A stretch of 64,000 nucleotides of DNA from Vicugna vicugna. Taxonomy: Eukaryota. A program made the translations under genes and the position numbers. The notes under the pieces were generated by a model. It searched no databases. It was not told where the DNA came from and saw nothing but the letters and a program-made list of their open reading frames with translations. Shown one piece after another: positions 41,701-52,152 of the stretch (position 1 is the first letter of the stretch; every line of letters starts with the position of its first letter). The stretch is from positions 8,014,295 to 8,078,294 of the forward strand of contig MU058636.1 in the NCBI GenBank assembly GCA_013265495.1. Direction: 5' to 3'.

Positions 41701-44700
41701 CAGCCAGTGCATTAAGATACAGCATGATATTTTTGATTTGATCACATATATACATATACGCATGAAGTTATTATTAAAAGCAATTTGTCACTAACTGGGA
41801 AGGCTGGTATTCAACTAGCCAAGTGTAGAATTCACGTGTACTATAATCTGCAAAACAGGTTATTCAAAATATCTTTACATTTTAGATAAAAATGCTGAAA
41901 CCATGCCTTACCATCCTAATAGCGCCGCCTTTCCCCCGATTCTTCACCAGCGTTATCACTCGTACTTTGTCACTTCCATGTTTCTGGCAATATTTAAAAG
42001 CCACCTGTCAGATTAGATGAAAGCAGAATAAAATTAATTCGAATTCCAAGATGGTAATACAAACTGGGTTTCTGATTTTGGCTTAAACACCGCCACTCTA
42101 GTTCTCTCTCCTCGGGACTAGATGACACCCAGCGCACATGCTGGTGGCCCAGAGGAGTTGAATTCCTGGTGCCAAGCTCTGTTACTGACCTACTAAGTTG
42201 AGTCACAATTCACTTTGCTGCAGGGGGAACACCGGAACAGGCAGCAGCCATCTCTTACTCTCGACTCCTCTGCCTAAGCCACTGAGCTGCTAGGAAAAAT
42301 TAAAATAAAACCCATGCACTGACTGACTGGTACAGATTTGTGACTATGTGCCCAGTGATATTTAATGACTTGTTTTACTTGTCAGTAACCGACCTTCTTC
42401 CCCAGAGAAGCTGTCTGTAACCATTTCCCCCAAATCTCTCTCAAATTCCTCGCTCTCAGCAGAGAACTGCGCCATGACTTGTCCTCTTCTGAACCTTCAT
42501 CTCTCCCTCTCTGCTGGCTCCTCAGCCTTAAACGTGCTCAAAACTCCAGCATCCTAGAATTTTTCCTTTCACTTCACTATTATCTTAAGCGACTGCTATT
42601 ACTCTTTGATTTATTGTCAAGTCATGAAACAGTGATCTATACTTGCTGTCTACATCTTTTCATCACTCATCTGGTCTTCAAGCCCCCGGAGTGTGGCTCC
42701 TGCCCTTTGCTTTTCCACGTCCCTCTATAAAACCTCTTCATCCACGGCACCCTCGCCTTCTGACACTTGTTTCCACAGGCGGCTGTCAAGTTATTCTCAT
42801 CTGGTGTTTGCACTCCTGTCAGGCCGGCTTGAGATTCAACTCAAACACGGTTTCTTCTTCCTAGCTTCCATGCTCATCCTGACCTTCTCCCACGAAAAAG
42901 GAGAGTGTAATTCTAATTATGTGTTCCTAAGGCACTTTCCCATTCGACTGTGACTTCACTCACCTGTACACCTTCCCTGCGGGAGCTCAAACCAGCACAC
43001 TAAAAACTTTCCTTTGACGTCACTATTATCTTAAAACGTCATCATTTCTCTTTGATTTATAATCAAAGTCATGAAACAGTGATCTATATTTGCTTAGTTA
43101 CAACTTCTCATCACTCATTTAGTAATGACCTGCAGACCCTCCCCACTAGGCTGTGAATTACTTAAAGGCAAAGATTAATATTTCTAGTGCTTGACACACA
43201 GCCTGGGGTTGATTAATCTCAGTGAACAAAAGCAGGTGTTTTCCTTCGTACTTGCTCCTGCTACAGGACTGTGGTGGGCATCATTAGCTGTCCATCCAGC
43301 AAACAATACCTCCTTCCTTGCTCTTTTGGCCCCAGTCTGCATAGTGACAGTGAGTGCAGTCCAAGGAGATGAATCATGATTGGTCCAAATCTTCTCTGCC
43401 AAGTACTTTCCCAGCCACTCTTGCAGGCATGGGTGGCCACATCAGCAAGTTCTGGCTTATGGACTCTACAGGAGGTCTGCTGGAGGATGGGAGCTTCTGG
43501 CAAAGATTTTTATTCCTGGTCAAAAAAGGAGAGAGGCACACAAAGATAATTCTTAATGCCCTGGATGTCTCTGACTGCTCCGGGATCAGCGGTATTTGGG
43601 GCGGTGGCCCATTCTGTGATGAAGGAGCGCGTGGGAACTGAAAAGCGGATCCAGCCACTTGACGCTGTCCAAATGCTGAAACGCTGACGTCCAGACCTCC
43701 TGGTACAGAGACAATTAGATGCCTTTTATTACCTAAGCTCCCCTCATGAGACACTTCCTTAATGACAAAAGTACTGAACACATCTGTGCTCGATGATGTA
43801 TCTGATGTCTCCAGTATTCGATGTGAACTCCTCGAAGGCAGACAGGTCTCCATCTTTGTATTTCAGCACGAGCCCTAGCCCTTGACTCATACTGATGGTT
43901 CAAGAAACGTCTGTTCAGACAGCCTTCACTTGCGTTGCAGATGTTCGTTCTGGGTGGCAGAAAGCTTCACAGTCATCACAAGATTCCAAAACCAGGAAGA
44001 TAAAGTCACTGGGTGAGCAGCTGAGAGAGCCAAAAGGTACCTGACCAGACGAGGATGAAGGCTCCTTCTAAAGGGGATGGAAGAAAGCAATCACTGGGGA
44101 AGCCCCCTGCTTGGGGACATGGCACTGACACTTCAATGTGCCCCGCAGAACACGGCAGCAGCTGTCACCTGCTCACCATGTGTGAACTCAGTTCACAGTG
44201 CTTACCTTTCTGGTGTCTTATATTATCTGAGGGTACAATAAACAATACTCCCTTAGACTGCACTCTGGCACACGTTTTGCCTCCTTAGTTTAAAGCTCCT
44301 TAGGAACAAGTACTGTAAGGTTTTTGTCATATCCCTTGGAGACAGGAAGACAATAAACACTCAGCTTAGAGGAGACGCGTTTCTTTTTTCTTCCTAAAAC
44401 AGATCCCACAGATCCCCTTTCTGGCCTCTGTGCCTTTGTTTACACTATTTTTTTTCCAATCTGAATATACTATCTTCCATGTTCCTAGTCATAATCACCC
44501 TTAAAGGTTTAGTTCAAAAGTGACTTCTCTTTCTCTCACATTTTTATTAGCATTTTATCTTTGGCTCTATTTTTATCTGCATTACAGAAACTGGAGCCAA
44601 GCTGCCTGACTGTCCTGGAAGCCCCTTACACAATGGGGCAGGCTTGTGTACTTGCAGGGGCCAGCCAGTGTCTAGCACGTCCTGCACAGCTGGTATTTAA

Positions 44701-47700
44701 CAAAAATCATTACTGATGAATAAGCAAGTGAACAGATGCTTCTCTTTTTTTTTATTTTAAGGTCTATTATGTTACCATTTAACAAAAATATTAACAGCAC
44801 CATAAATGAACCTTTTATTATAGAAACATGAATGTCAAAGAAGAAAATGTGAAACAATCTTACTAATAAAAACACTTAGTGGTTCAGAGAATGATTTATC
44901 AGGACCAAAAACACTTAGAAGTTCACAGAATGACTTATCAGGGCCATTGAGAAGATTTAATACATAATCAAGTATCAGTGCACCTGGACCTGGCAGTTAC
45001 AGGCCTGGGAATGCAGGAAGGAGAGGGGGGGTAATACCTTAAGACACTGTCACCTCCCGTGGGTCAATCTAGATGGCAGCGTGCAGGACACCAAAAGACA
45101 TACCCAACACCCAGGGCCCAACAGAAAGACATCTTCCGATTTGCATGACTGCTTTAGAGACTGTAAGTTAAGGTGGAGCATAAAGAAAAGAATTATGCTT
45201 AGGAAAAAAGGAACCATAAATTGGTACGTAAAGAAGGTTCCCGAGAGGCCAAGGTGAGCTGTCCTCACGTGTATCCTCTCACTGCCTGGTGACGGTCCCC
45301 ACTCCCTCGGTCTCAGGGACTAGGGAATGGCAGCTGCCTTTCCCAGCTTTCCATGTGTGAAATCTCTCTGCTTTTTCCACTACCCACGTATATAAATGGA
45401 GAGTATCCGGCGCCGCTTTGGGGTGCTCTGACAAGCGGAAATATGATTTCCCATTTGCTAAATCATTCTATCTGCTGGCAATTCTAAAAGCAAGTTATGT
45501 ACCTTTGAAGTCTGGTCTTTGCTGCCATCGTCAACTACTATCACTTCGTAAGTGAATGCAGGATCTTGTTTCTGCAGGAAGCAAAAATAAAACACCACAA
45601 TTTGGCATGACTGGTACCAGGAATTCTAATAAAAGTTGTAAGGAAATCAAAAAACAACTATTTCAGTGTTGCTGTGTATAAACATGAATATAAACACTAA
45701 TTATATAAAGTAAAAAGGCTGGGGACAGAAAGGAGAAGAGACTGGGCAGGAGTGGAGGGTGAACGTGGAATAAATCTTAGGGGGCCCCCACTCCTCCCCG
45801 GCCGCCCTGCCCCACGTGGTGGGAGGAGCCAGGTGCTGAGGGGCTGAGCAGCTCCGAGAGGGGCCACATGGTGCACGTGGTGAACCAGGAAAAAGCGCAC
45901 AGGGTATGAAATCAGAGCGTGCAGATTCCAACCTGGCTGCACCGCTTAACTTTATGACCTCAGGCAAGTTAACATTTTGGGTCTGCTTTCTCTAAAAAAA
46001 AAAAAAGCTCCACCAAAAAAACCAAAACCAAAACCAAAACCAAACCTAGTCCCACGGCTGGTGTGCAGATTACATGTAATAGAAGAGACAGAAGCCTCAT
46101 GTATAACAAGGGCTCAGTTCTCTTCCTCTTTTCTGTAAACTTAAGTTTTGAGGAAGGCCCCCTCTCTTTCAGTGACTCTTCTCTCTTCCTTTTACACAAA
46201 AAAACCTAAAACCAAACAAAGTAAATCAAAACAAGAAATTTTCTAAAAAAAAGAACCAGCCACAAAGCTCACTTATTTCCTTAAACTCTCCAAGGAGCTT
46301 CCAGCGGCAATGGCTACTACAAGACAGACACGTGTTACTTTTCTTCTCTTCACCCGGGGAAAGGAAAGGAAAAGAAATGAGGGGGCACTCTTCAGAATAA
46401 TAAAGACATACAAAATGATTTCACCCTACTTACAAGTCTTTTTCAAATAAACGTCTTTCTTAAAAAGTCACAAAAGCACAACAGCGCTGTGCTGTCATAC
46501 AAAGTCTGCAGACACACTATCACTCAATTTTAAATGTAGCATCGGGAAAGGGAGGATAAAAAGTGGGAGGGAAGGTGTAAGAGAGGTCTCCTGTTTGCTG
46601 AGGGCGCGGTGCTGGCTGTCGGGCTTTGCCTGCTAACAGCGGGACGGCTGGTAACAAGCAGGGCCCAGGGGCCCAGGCCCAGGCCCAGGATAGCCGTGCG
46701 CAGCCAGCACTGCCTCTCACAGTGGGTCCAGCCTGGGACCTGCAGCTAGGTGATCTGGTCTCGTTTTAGGTAGCGAAGTCACACTGAAAGACAAAACACG
46801 CTACCTGTCTCTCTTCTAGATAGCCCAGAGCTTCATCCATCATTACAGGCACTTAAAGAAAAAAAAACAGCATTAAAAATTGCTTTTAAAAATGACTTAC
46901 CCGGCCCCGGCACACGCAGTTTACGAATGGAGAAAGCCTGAGAAACCTAACAAGCCCCCGGACTGTCCCCCAGTGGCCATTTCTATCTAGGACTCTTGCT
47001 CACAGCCTCGCTGGAACGCTTCAACCCTAGCCTTGATGCTGCGGCCAGTACCCATCCCTCCTCTTTTGAACTGCTGCAGCCACCAACTCTGTGCTCCCCA
47101 CTGCCCGCAGGTGTTAATGTTCTGGCAAAGAGGTCAAGCCCATGCTTTAAATTTCCTCTTCTGCCCAAATTACCTCTTACCAAAACATCAAATAGGGCTT
47201 ACACCGTTTTTCTTCATTGTATGAAGGCACGACAACAGAAAGCTGCTTGGTAGGGGCGTCCCATATGCTGGGTAAAGGTTCCTTCTGGCCTCTGGCATTT
47301 AAGAAGAACTTCTCTTCTTCGTGTTGATGAAGGTGCGGCACTTTCGAAGCAGTTATAAATGCAACAAAGGAAATCTAAAAGCAGGTAAGTTACCAAAAAT
47401 TTGTTATATTGACCTTCTTAAACATGTTATGTTGGAATACATCATTTACATGATTTTTTTTTTGGTGAAATATTTAGTTTTTAGTCCATTAACAATGGTC
47501 TGGAAGTGACTCCAAAATTCAAACCGGTCAGTCCCTACGTATAAACTGACTTCTGTCCTTTTTTCCATCACTAGGAGGCTCTTTGTCTCCTCTGGCCTGT
47601 CATTCCCCAGGCCTCCGTCATCCCAGATGGAAGAGGGAACAGTCACTACAGAAGTGCCATGTACTCTGAGGCGCCCAGAAAGCCCGATCCCTCACACATA

Positions 47701-50700
47701 TACAGCGAGGCTCCATCCCCACTTGGAGCCCATGTGACAGAAGACATATTGCAGGTAGAACCTGGGGGGTGAGGGCAGACCTCCCATCCAGACCAGACTG
47801 ACCCAGGGTAGGAAAGGAAGAATTCTCCGCTTCCCACAGAAGGGACCAGTAATGCTTAAGAATATATACTTGATACCTTCCCAGACTTGAATTCAGAATA
47901 CAGTCATTTTTGGAATCAAGTATTAAACTTGTAGGCTGTAGGCACCGTGCAATGCTAACATTATACAGTCTTCCATGTTCACTTGGGAGCTAGCTTCGGA
48001 AACATTCTTTGTAACATTATTTTGCAAGCAGAAAGTATACCAGTAGAAACAATCAATCTGCCAACTTTTGGAATGCTACTCATTTGTAATTTGACAACCA
48101 TTTATAATACTCCATTAGGTACACAGTGACATACTGAAACTGAATATGCTCCTGATTTGGACGAATATATGGAGATAAGTATCCAGACTAGTGGTTAAAA
48201 GTTCCTGCTGGGCACCCCTAGTGTCCAGATTGTGGTTTCTAAATTCAACTTCCTAGTAAAAGTAACCGGTGCTCCTAGAGGAATGGCTGATTCAGATCTG
48301 GGGCAGGAAACGTGTTATGGTGGAACAGCAGTCAGACCAGAAGGCAAGAAAGCTGTCAATGATCATGAGGGCCACGCCGACAGGACAAAGTCGCTAACTT
48401 GAGGGGTTCCCACTGGCCTACGATGGGAGGATTTTAGCCTCAAAAAGAATAATTACCACAATACATTAAAACACATGAAAAATTTTACATCACAGATTCA
48501 TAATGATACTAAAAGTAAAAAATTGTCACCTTTGTAAGAAACCAGGCAACCACCTCATCATTTGAAAACTTGCCTTTTATCTTAGCTTTTATATATGAAA
48601 GGTCTTTCAGGGTAATTGAATAGCTGAGGATGAAATTTTTTTTCACTGTAAAATTCCAGGTAATACATAAAGAAGGAATGATACAATTAGAACACTCCAC
48701 TTTGCAGTCCCCAGGGAAGTAGTGGATTTAGGTAAAGATCATCAATGACTACGAAAACCATTAGGTTAATGACAGACTTTTTTACTGGTGGATCAGGCTA
48801 ACAACTCCTGAACCCATGAATCCATCTTAACACCAGAGAAATTCAGACATTACACACCTCCTGATATGATACAGGAAGAAGTAATCAGTACCACTCACAC
48901 ACTCTTCTTGATTAAAAATTCAAACATGAATTTTATCAAATCTCTAGATGTAACTATCAGTTTTACAAGGAATTCACGGGACAGAGTAAGATGTGACAAG
49001 TTACCTAAGGGATACCATCAGTAAAATCCAGATTATGAGGAATATTACAGGACAAATGACCACTTATTAAAGACCTCGGTGGGAAAAGGGAGGAGAAATT
49101 GTTACAGATTAAGGGACTTGAGACATATCAATTGAATGCTAAGTGTATGTGAACACTGAATGGAACAAACTAATTATACTATAAATGAGGCATCTGAACT
49201 GATGGGGTATTTGAAATCACTGAACAATGGTTAAACTTAAAAAAAAAACAGTGATAACCTGATTGTGGTTATATTTTTAAAAAGGAGTCCTATCTTTAGA
49301 GATAAATGCTGAGGATTTACAGGTAAGATGTTATGTCTTGGATTTGTTTCAAAATTCATTTACAAAAGAAGTGAAGTGAGGAGACAGTAGGCATATGTGT
49401 GTGTATGTATGTATGTGTGTGTGTGTGTGTGTATGTATATATATATATGAAAAGATTAGTGGTTTTTGTAATGATGTCCTGCCCTGGCATTAAAAAAAGA
49501 ATGAAGTTACGCTAGTCGAGTGGTATTTGCATACATGAACTCATCTCTCCAAGTTTCCTCACGGTCAAATGAAGCTAATGATGATAACATTTCTGTCAAT
49601 GTTCTAAAGATCAAATCAGACAATCCCTGCTAAATACTGAATACAATATCCAACATATCGTAAGTATTCAATAAATGGTAGCTCTTATAACCACTTCAAT
49701 CTAATGGGATCAAATATTTCCAGTACAATCTCATAATGTACAAATTTAAATCTGTGCAACAGAGTCAACATAAGGCAGATTCAATCTAGGATTCTGTCAA
49801 GCTCTGCTCCACCCAATACCTGAAAAAAATCCAAATCTCCATATACTATTAAGGGAAAGAGAGGACTCCTCTGTCACCCAAACACAAACACTAAAGAAAT
49901 CAGAATGCGTTTCCTTTTCTCTACCTAAACTACTAAGCTGTGAATTCTGGCAAGATGGCAAAGTGGCCTTCCTGGTAATGCTATCTCGGCTGCTAACGTC
50001 AATGTTAAGGAAGCGGAAACCTCTCCATTTACTGACTAGATGGCAGGCTCATTCCAAATTATCTGGGACAAAGTTCACTAGGCAAATTTTCTATGACTTA
50101 CGTATCAGCAAGCATTACGATGTTTCTGTTTCCTCAGTAATGACAAAGACAATCGGGAGTCTGAATTTTACTGCACTGTCACATTTAGAGGCAGCGATTT
50201 TAGGGTGTTGAATTCTGGGACATAACGACCCCCAGGCAGAGGGTAACAATAGACCTTTGTCTATCTTGGTTTTTCCAGTGTCCCTAGTGGGTCTCCTGGT
50301 CTGCTGATTTATCCTATCTGTAACAGATGGCTCTAGTCGGCGCTATCACCACTTTCTATTTGCTTAACCACACCAAGGAAAGGAGTGTCTAGAGAGCACA
50401 CACCTTCTGGGGGCCCCAGACCTCCCCAGGTGGGGCCAGACTGCAGAGACTGCAGACCCAGGAGGACATCCTGGGTAGGCGGGGGCTGACAGGGAGGGTG
50501 GGTCCGGAGATGAGTGGCGGGGAGAGCAGACAGGGTGGGCAGGTTCCAGTGAACACAAGTACTAGGCTCTGGGCACACACAGAGAGAAAGCTCCAAAATA
50601 AAAATATAGAACGTAAGAAAGGGGGTGTGAAATTCTAGCAGAGGAAATTCTGGGGTCCAGGCTTGGGAGAAGCATGCTGCAGGGGACACGTCGAAGAGCA

Positions 50701-50831
50701 GGCAGTGCGGAGGAGAGGATGCCTGGGAGCCCAGGCCCGCGTCGGTCCCCAACCCCTCTCCTCACCAGAATCAGGGCTGCAGAAGCCAGCGCCGCGCCGA
50801 GCACCGCCAGCTGCAGCAGAAGCGGAGCCAT
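14669..50831 (-). CDS. ALG5: Dolichyl-phosphate beta-glucosyltransferase (GT2), complete 10-exon CDS, 324 aa: join(50766-50831,47203-47374,46805-46851,45503-45571,41912-42004,39280-39393,28400-28459,23590-23741,16815-16900,14669-14784)
   Basis: Exons sum to 975 nt, are all GT-AG and phase-consistent. Translation: MAPLLLQLAVLGAALASAALIL...SVVVPSYNEEKRL...EVIVVDDGSKD...NRGKGGA...MADADGAT...DTQCGFKL...WAFDVEL...GAWRLEQTRKVN*. Confidence 0.98.
15460..15580 (-). mobile_element. Short L1 3'-end fragment
   Basis: ctttactgaggtgtaagtcacaaataaaactg...aaagtgtac...tgattaccacaatcaag is typical of an L1MA 3'UTR terminus. Confidence 0.6.
16815..16900 (-). CDS. ALG5: ALG5 exon 9
   Basis: AFDVELLYIAQFFKIPIAEIAVNWTEIE; 86 nt; cag/gtgagt. 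Confidence 0.97.
18458..18494. repeat. (CAAAA)n microsatellite
   Basis: About 7 copies seen directly. Confidence 0.9.
21352..21625. mobile_element. hAT-Charlie MITE (MER33-like)
   Basis: ctgtgctgactaata...tagctact...tttgaaatgtgactagtctgaactgaga...tattgggcaatgctg matches the recalled MER33 layout with degenerate TIRs. Confidence 0.65.
22170..23150 (-). mobile_element. L2 LINE remnant
   Basis: Purine-rich L2 3'-region signatures (gtgccaggc...ctcttgtggag; gatcactttt...gggctgcag; gaatgaccccacagtttcaggctt). Confidence 0.55.
23590..23741 (-). CDS. ALG5: ALG5 exon 8
   Basis: RSYFRTLLMYGFHFLVWFLCVRGIRDTQCGFKLLTREAASRTFSSLHIER(W); 152 nt. Confidence 0.98.
24780..24995 (+). mobile_element. MIR SINE remnant
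   Basis: agacctgtatttgagtcctggctc...gaccttgagcaagttactt...aggattaaatgagataat. Confidence 0.75.
25950..26490 (+). mobile_element. Possible highly decayed reverse-transcriptase remnant of an ancient non-L1 LINE (CR1/RTE-like)
   Basis: Peptide fragments in order (KLEN...LELL, KVFRKDKSENYTVKLLKLLFTILIN, FLD, SGPFILFL) loosely parallel LINE RT motifs; many stops and frameshifts. Confidence 0.35.
27560..27715. mobile_element. MER5A-like hAT MITE
   Basis: gttctcaaact...gcatcaggtgacctggg...attaaaaatgcagactcctgg...cctaggaatgtgcatt. Confidence 0.7.
28400..28459 (-). CDS. ALG5: ALG5 exon 7
   Basis: DQMAIACGSRAHLEKESIAQ; 60 nt; cag/gtgagg. Confidence 0.97.
28574..28766 (+). mobile_element. tRNA-Ala-derived SINE (vic-1-like) with 13-bp TSD
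   Basis: GGGGAGGGTACAACTCAGTGGTAG...GGTCCTGGGTTCAATCCCCAGTACCTCC plus an AT-rich tail; TSD TAAAGTAACATTA at 28561-28573 and 28767-28779. Confidence 0.9.
28985..30830 (+). mobile_element. Old, fragmented L1 (L1ME-like) ORF2/3'UTR, interrupted by a SINE
   Basis: Decayed ORF2 signatures (gacagtatgatttta...ctggaaaatccaagaatatcaactgaaagactactacaaataataagag; gcccagcaattccgcaactaggaat). Confidence 0.65.
29571..29691 (+). mobile_element. tRNA-Ala-derived SINE (vic-1-like) with 14-bp TSD
   Basis: GGGGAGGGTATAGTTCAAGTGGTAGAGCGCATGCTTAGCAT...GGTTCAATCCCC; TSD AGAATGGAAAGGCC at 29557-29570 and 29692-29705. Confidence 0.92.
34276..34418 (-). mobile_element. tRNA-derived SINE (vic-1-like) inside the Tigger
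   Basis: Reverse complement begins GGGGGGAGGGTATAGCTCAAGC...; TSD AATAG(A/C)ATTATGTCTA at 34260-34275 and 34419-34434. Confidence 0.9.
34473..34541 (+). mobile_element. About 70-bp L1 3' terminus inside the Tigger
   Basis: gctgtacaccagaaactaa...tatacttcaataaaaaaa is the same terminus as the L1 at 61730; TSD AAATAATGCT at 34463-34472 and 34542-34551. Confidence 0.75.
35835..35928. mobile_element. 94-bp Tigger2-family MITE
   Basis: Inverted termini CAGTGGCCCTTGAGCAAC ... TTGTTCAGGGGTCAGCTG. Confidence 0.7.
36500..36710 (+). mobile_element. L3/CR1 3' remnant
   Basis: ctgaagggttgtcac...tagactgttttgtgtagct...agaacc...gacagattt resembles the recalled L3 3' consensus. Confidence 0.5.
37519..37703. 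mobile_element. MER3-like hAT MITE
   Basis: gccctgtccaacagaactttct...ggaaatgttctacatctg...ccacatgtggctggtagctac. Confidence 0.7.
39280..39393 (-). CDS. ALG5: ALG5 exon 6 (DxD motif)
   Basis: GIFSSRGEKILMADADGATKFPDVEKLEKGLNDLQPWP; 114 nt; cag/gtgagt. Confidence 0.98.
40912..41340. mobile_element. MaLR LTR remnant (MLT1-like)
   Basis: acccacccaatacccattctttccttcttcct...tttctcagccttccttg...tctggccgatgagatttaagt. Confidence 0.6.
41912..42004 (-). CDS. ALG5: ALG5 exon 5
   Basis: VAFKYCQKHGSDKVRVITLVKNRGKGGAIRM; 93 nt. Confidence 0.98.
43270..43765. mobile_element. MaLR LTR remnant (MLT1-like)
   Basis: tttcccagccactcttgcaggcatgggtggccac...agttctggc...gaggtctgctgg...gcttctgg. Confidence 0.55.
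44868..44945. repeat. 39-bp tandem duplication (2 copies)
   Basis: aaaaacacttagtggttcagagaatgatttatcaggacc / aaaaacacttagaagttcacagaatgacttatcagggcc. Confidence 0.9.
45503..45571 (-). CDS. ALG5: ALG5 exon 4
   Basis: KQDPAFTYEVIVVDDGSKDQTSK; 69 nt. Confidence 0.98.
46805..46851 (-). CDS. ALG5: ALG5 exon 3
   Basis: (L)PVMMDEALGYLEERQ; 47 nt; aag/gtag. Confidence 0.97.
47203..47374 (-). CDS. ALG5: ALG5 exon 2
   Basis: ISFVAFITASKVPHLHQHEEEKFFLNARGQKEPLPSIWDAPTKQLSVVVPSYNEEKR; 172 nt; tag/gtaagc. Confidence 0.98.
48190..49360 (+). mobile_element. Old L1 3'UTR remnant (L1MC-like)
   Basis: gtgtccagattgtggtttctaaa...ggaatggctgattcagatctggggcagga; ends tttagagataaatgctgagg...tggatttgtttcaaaat. 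Confidence 0.5.
49395..49448. repeat. Compound (TG)n/(TATG)n/(TA)n microsatellite
   Basis: Seen directly. Confidence 0.9.
50766..50831 (-). CDS. ALG5: ALG5 exon 1 coding part (signal anchor)
   Basis: MAPLLLQLAVLGAALASAALIL; donor gtgagg. Confidence 0.98.
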
Positions 50832-51116
50832 CCTCCATGCCGGGCCGCCGCCGCCGGCCCTATCCCGCGTCTCCACACACGCGGAAGCGCAGCCGCGCAG
50901 CCCCGCCCCCGCGCCGGCAGAGAGGCCGCGCCGGCCGGGCCCCCGCCGCCCACAGCGCCGCCGCGCGGCCAGGCCCCGCCACGACTCGGGGACTCGCCGC
51001 GACCTGGGGCCCCGGAGCCACCACCGCCCACTGCGTCTCCGCTCGGCGAGGCGAAGTGTGTAGCTGCGTGCTAGGCGCTCAGTCCGTGGACGGGAAGGCG
51101 CTCTGTTCCATCTTAG

Positions 51117-51539
51117 TAGAGGTACCAGAATTAGAAAGTAAAAATACAGTGTGTCCACTTAATTTGAACTTAAGAGAGGCAACGAATCATTTTTTAACAG
51201 CATTATTAAAATATAACACATTCTATACAACCCACCCATTTAAGTTTTTGGTACGTTACTTTAGTTTTTTTTAATGTGATATAATAAAACATAAAAATTT
51301 GCTATTTTATGTATACAATACAATCGCATTAATTGCATTCACAATTTCCTGCAACCATCATCACCAACCATTTTTAAAACTTTCCCAGTTCTCCCCCAGC
51401 TCCTGGTAACAACTAATTAACATGAACTATTTTGGGCGTACTCGTAGTTAAAAAAACAAAAGAAAAGAAAAAACCAAAATGACTCTTTTGTTTATCTGAC
51501 ATTCAGATTGAACTGGATGTATTTTATCTGGCAACCCTA
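51117..51539. mobile_element. MER53-like palindromic hAT MITE interrupted by L1 3'-end fragments (~51195-51415)
   Basis: Termini TAGAGGTACCAGAATTAG...AAAAATACAG and TGTATTTTATCTGGCAACCCTA. Confidence 0.7.
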
Positions 51540-52135
51540 TTAGCAGGAGGTGGAGGTCTTGGGCCACGACACAGCCCACAACGAAGCTGCTCCTTTGGAG
51601 CCCGCTCCGGGCAGCTGCAAAGTGTAATCAGCTGCGGATAACGAGCTCACAGAAAATTTACATAATTCTTCGGCGCTGGAGCAGGAAGGCCTTTACTTGG
51701 GAGAAGGCAAGCCCAGGGCCTAGCCTAAGAAGGAGGCGGGAAAAGAACGCTGAGATATTGGAATAACACTCCACACTCAACGCTTGATTCTTTGCTATTA
51801 GGTCGATTTTCCCTTAAACGCTTGCGCTAGAGGACTGTTTGTAAACAGACACTCGTCACTTCTCTAACAGCCGATTCGTCAAAACAAGTCAAAGGCAAGG
51901 AAACCTGGAGAGGCGTCTGCCTGGGGGCAGGTGAAGCGAAGGCGTGCAGGAAACCACCCCTGCCCTGGTCTGTCCCACTCCACTCAGCCCAGCCTCACCT
52001 TCTAGATATCAGGCGGCCAGAGCAAGGCGCAGGCATCAGTGTTGAAAGTGCTGAGACGGAATAGGAGAGCAGGCCGGAGGTGCTGTGATACCCGGGCGCG
52101 GGCGCGGGCGCAGGCGCAGAGACGCGGGCGGGAAG

Positions 52136-52152
52136 ATGGCGGCCGGGTTCAA
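52136..52152 (+). CDS. EXOSC8: EXOSC8 exon 1 coding part
   Basis: ATG GCG GCC GGG TTC AA|gtgagt. Confidence 0.96.

Noticed and set aside
43374..43853. 159-aa ORF in ALG5 intron 4
   Set aside because: Overlaps an MLT1-like LTR remnant and has no domain or splice support
50562..51274. 198-203 aa ORFs over ALG5 exon 1, including an apparent N-terminal extension
   Set aside because: CpG-island artefacts that start in repeat-derived sequence; only 50766-50831 matches ALG5
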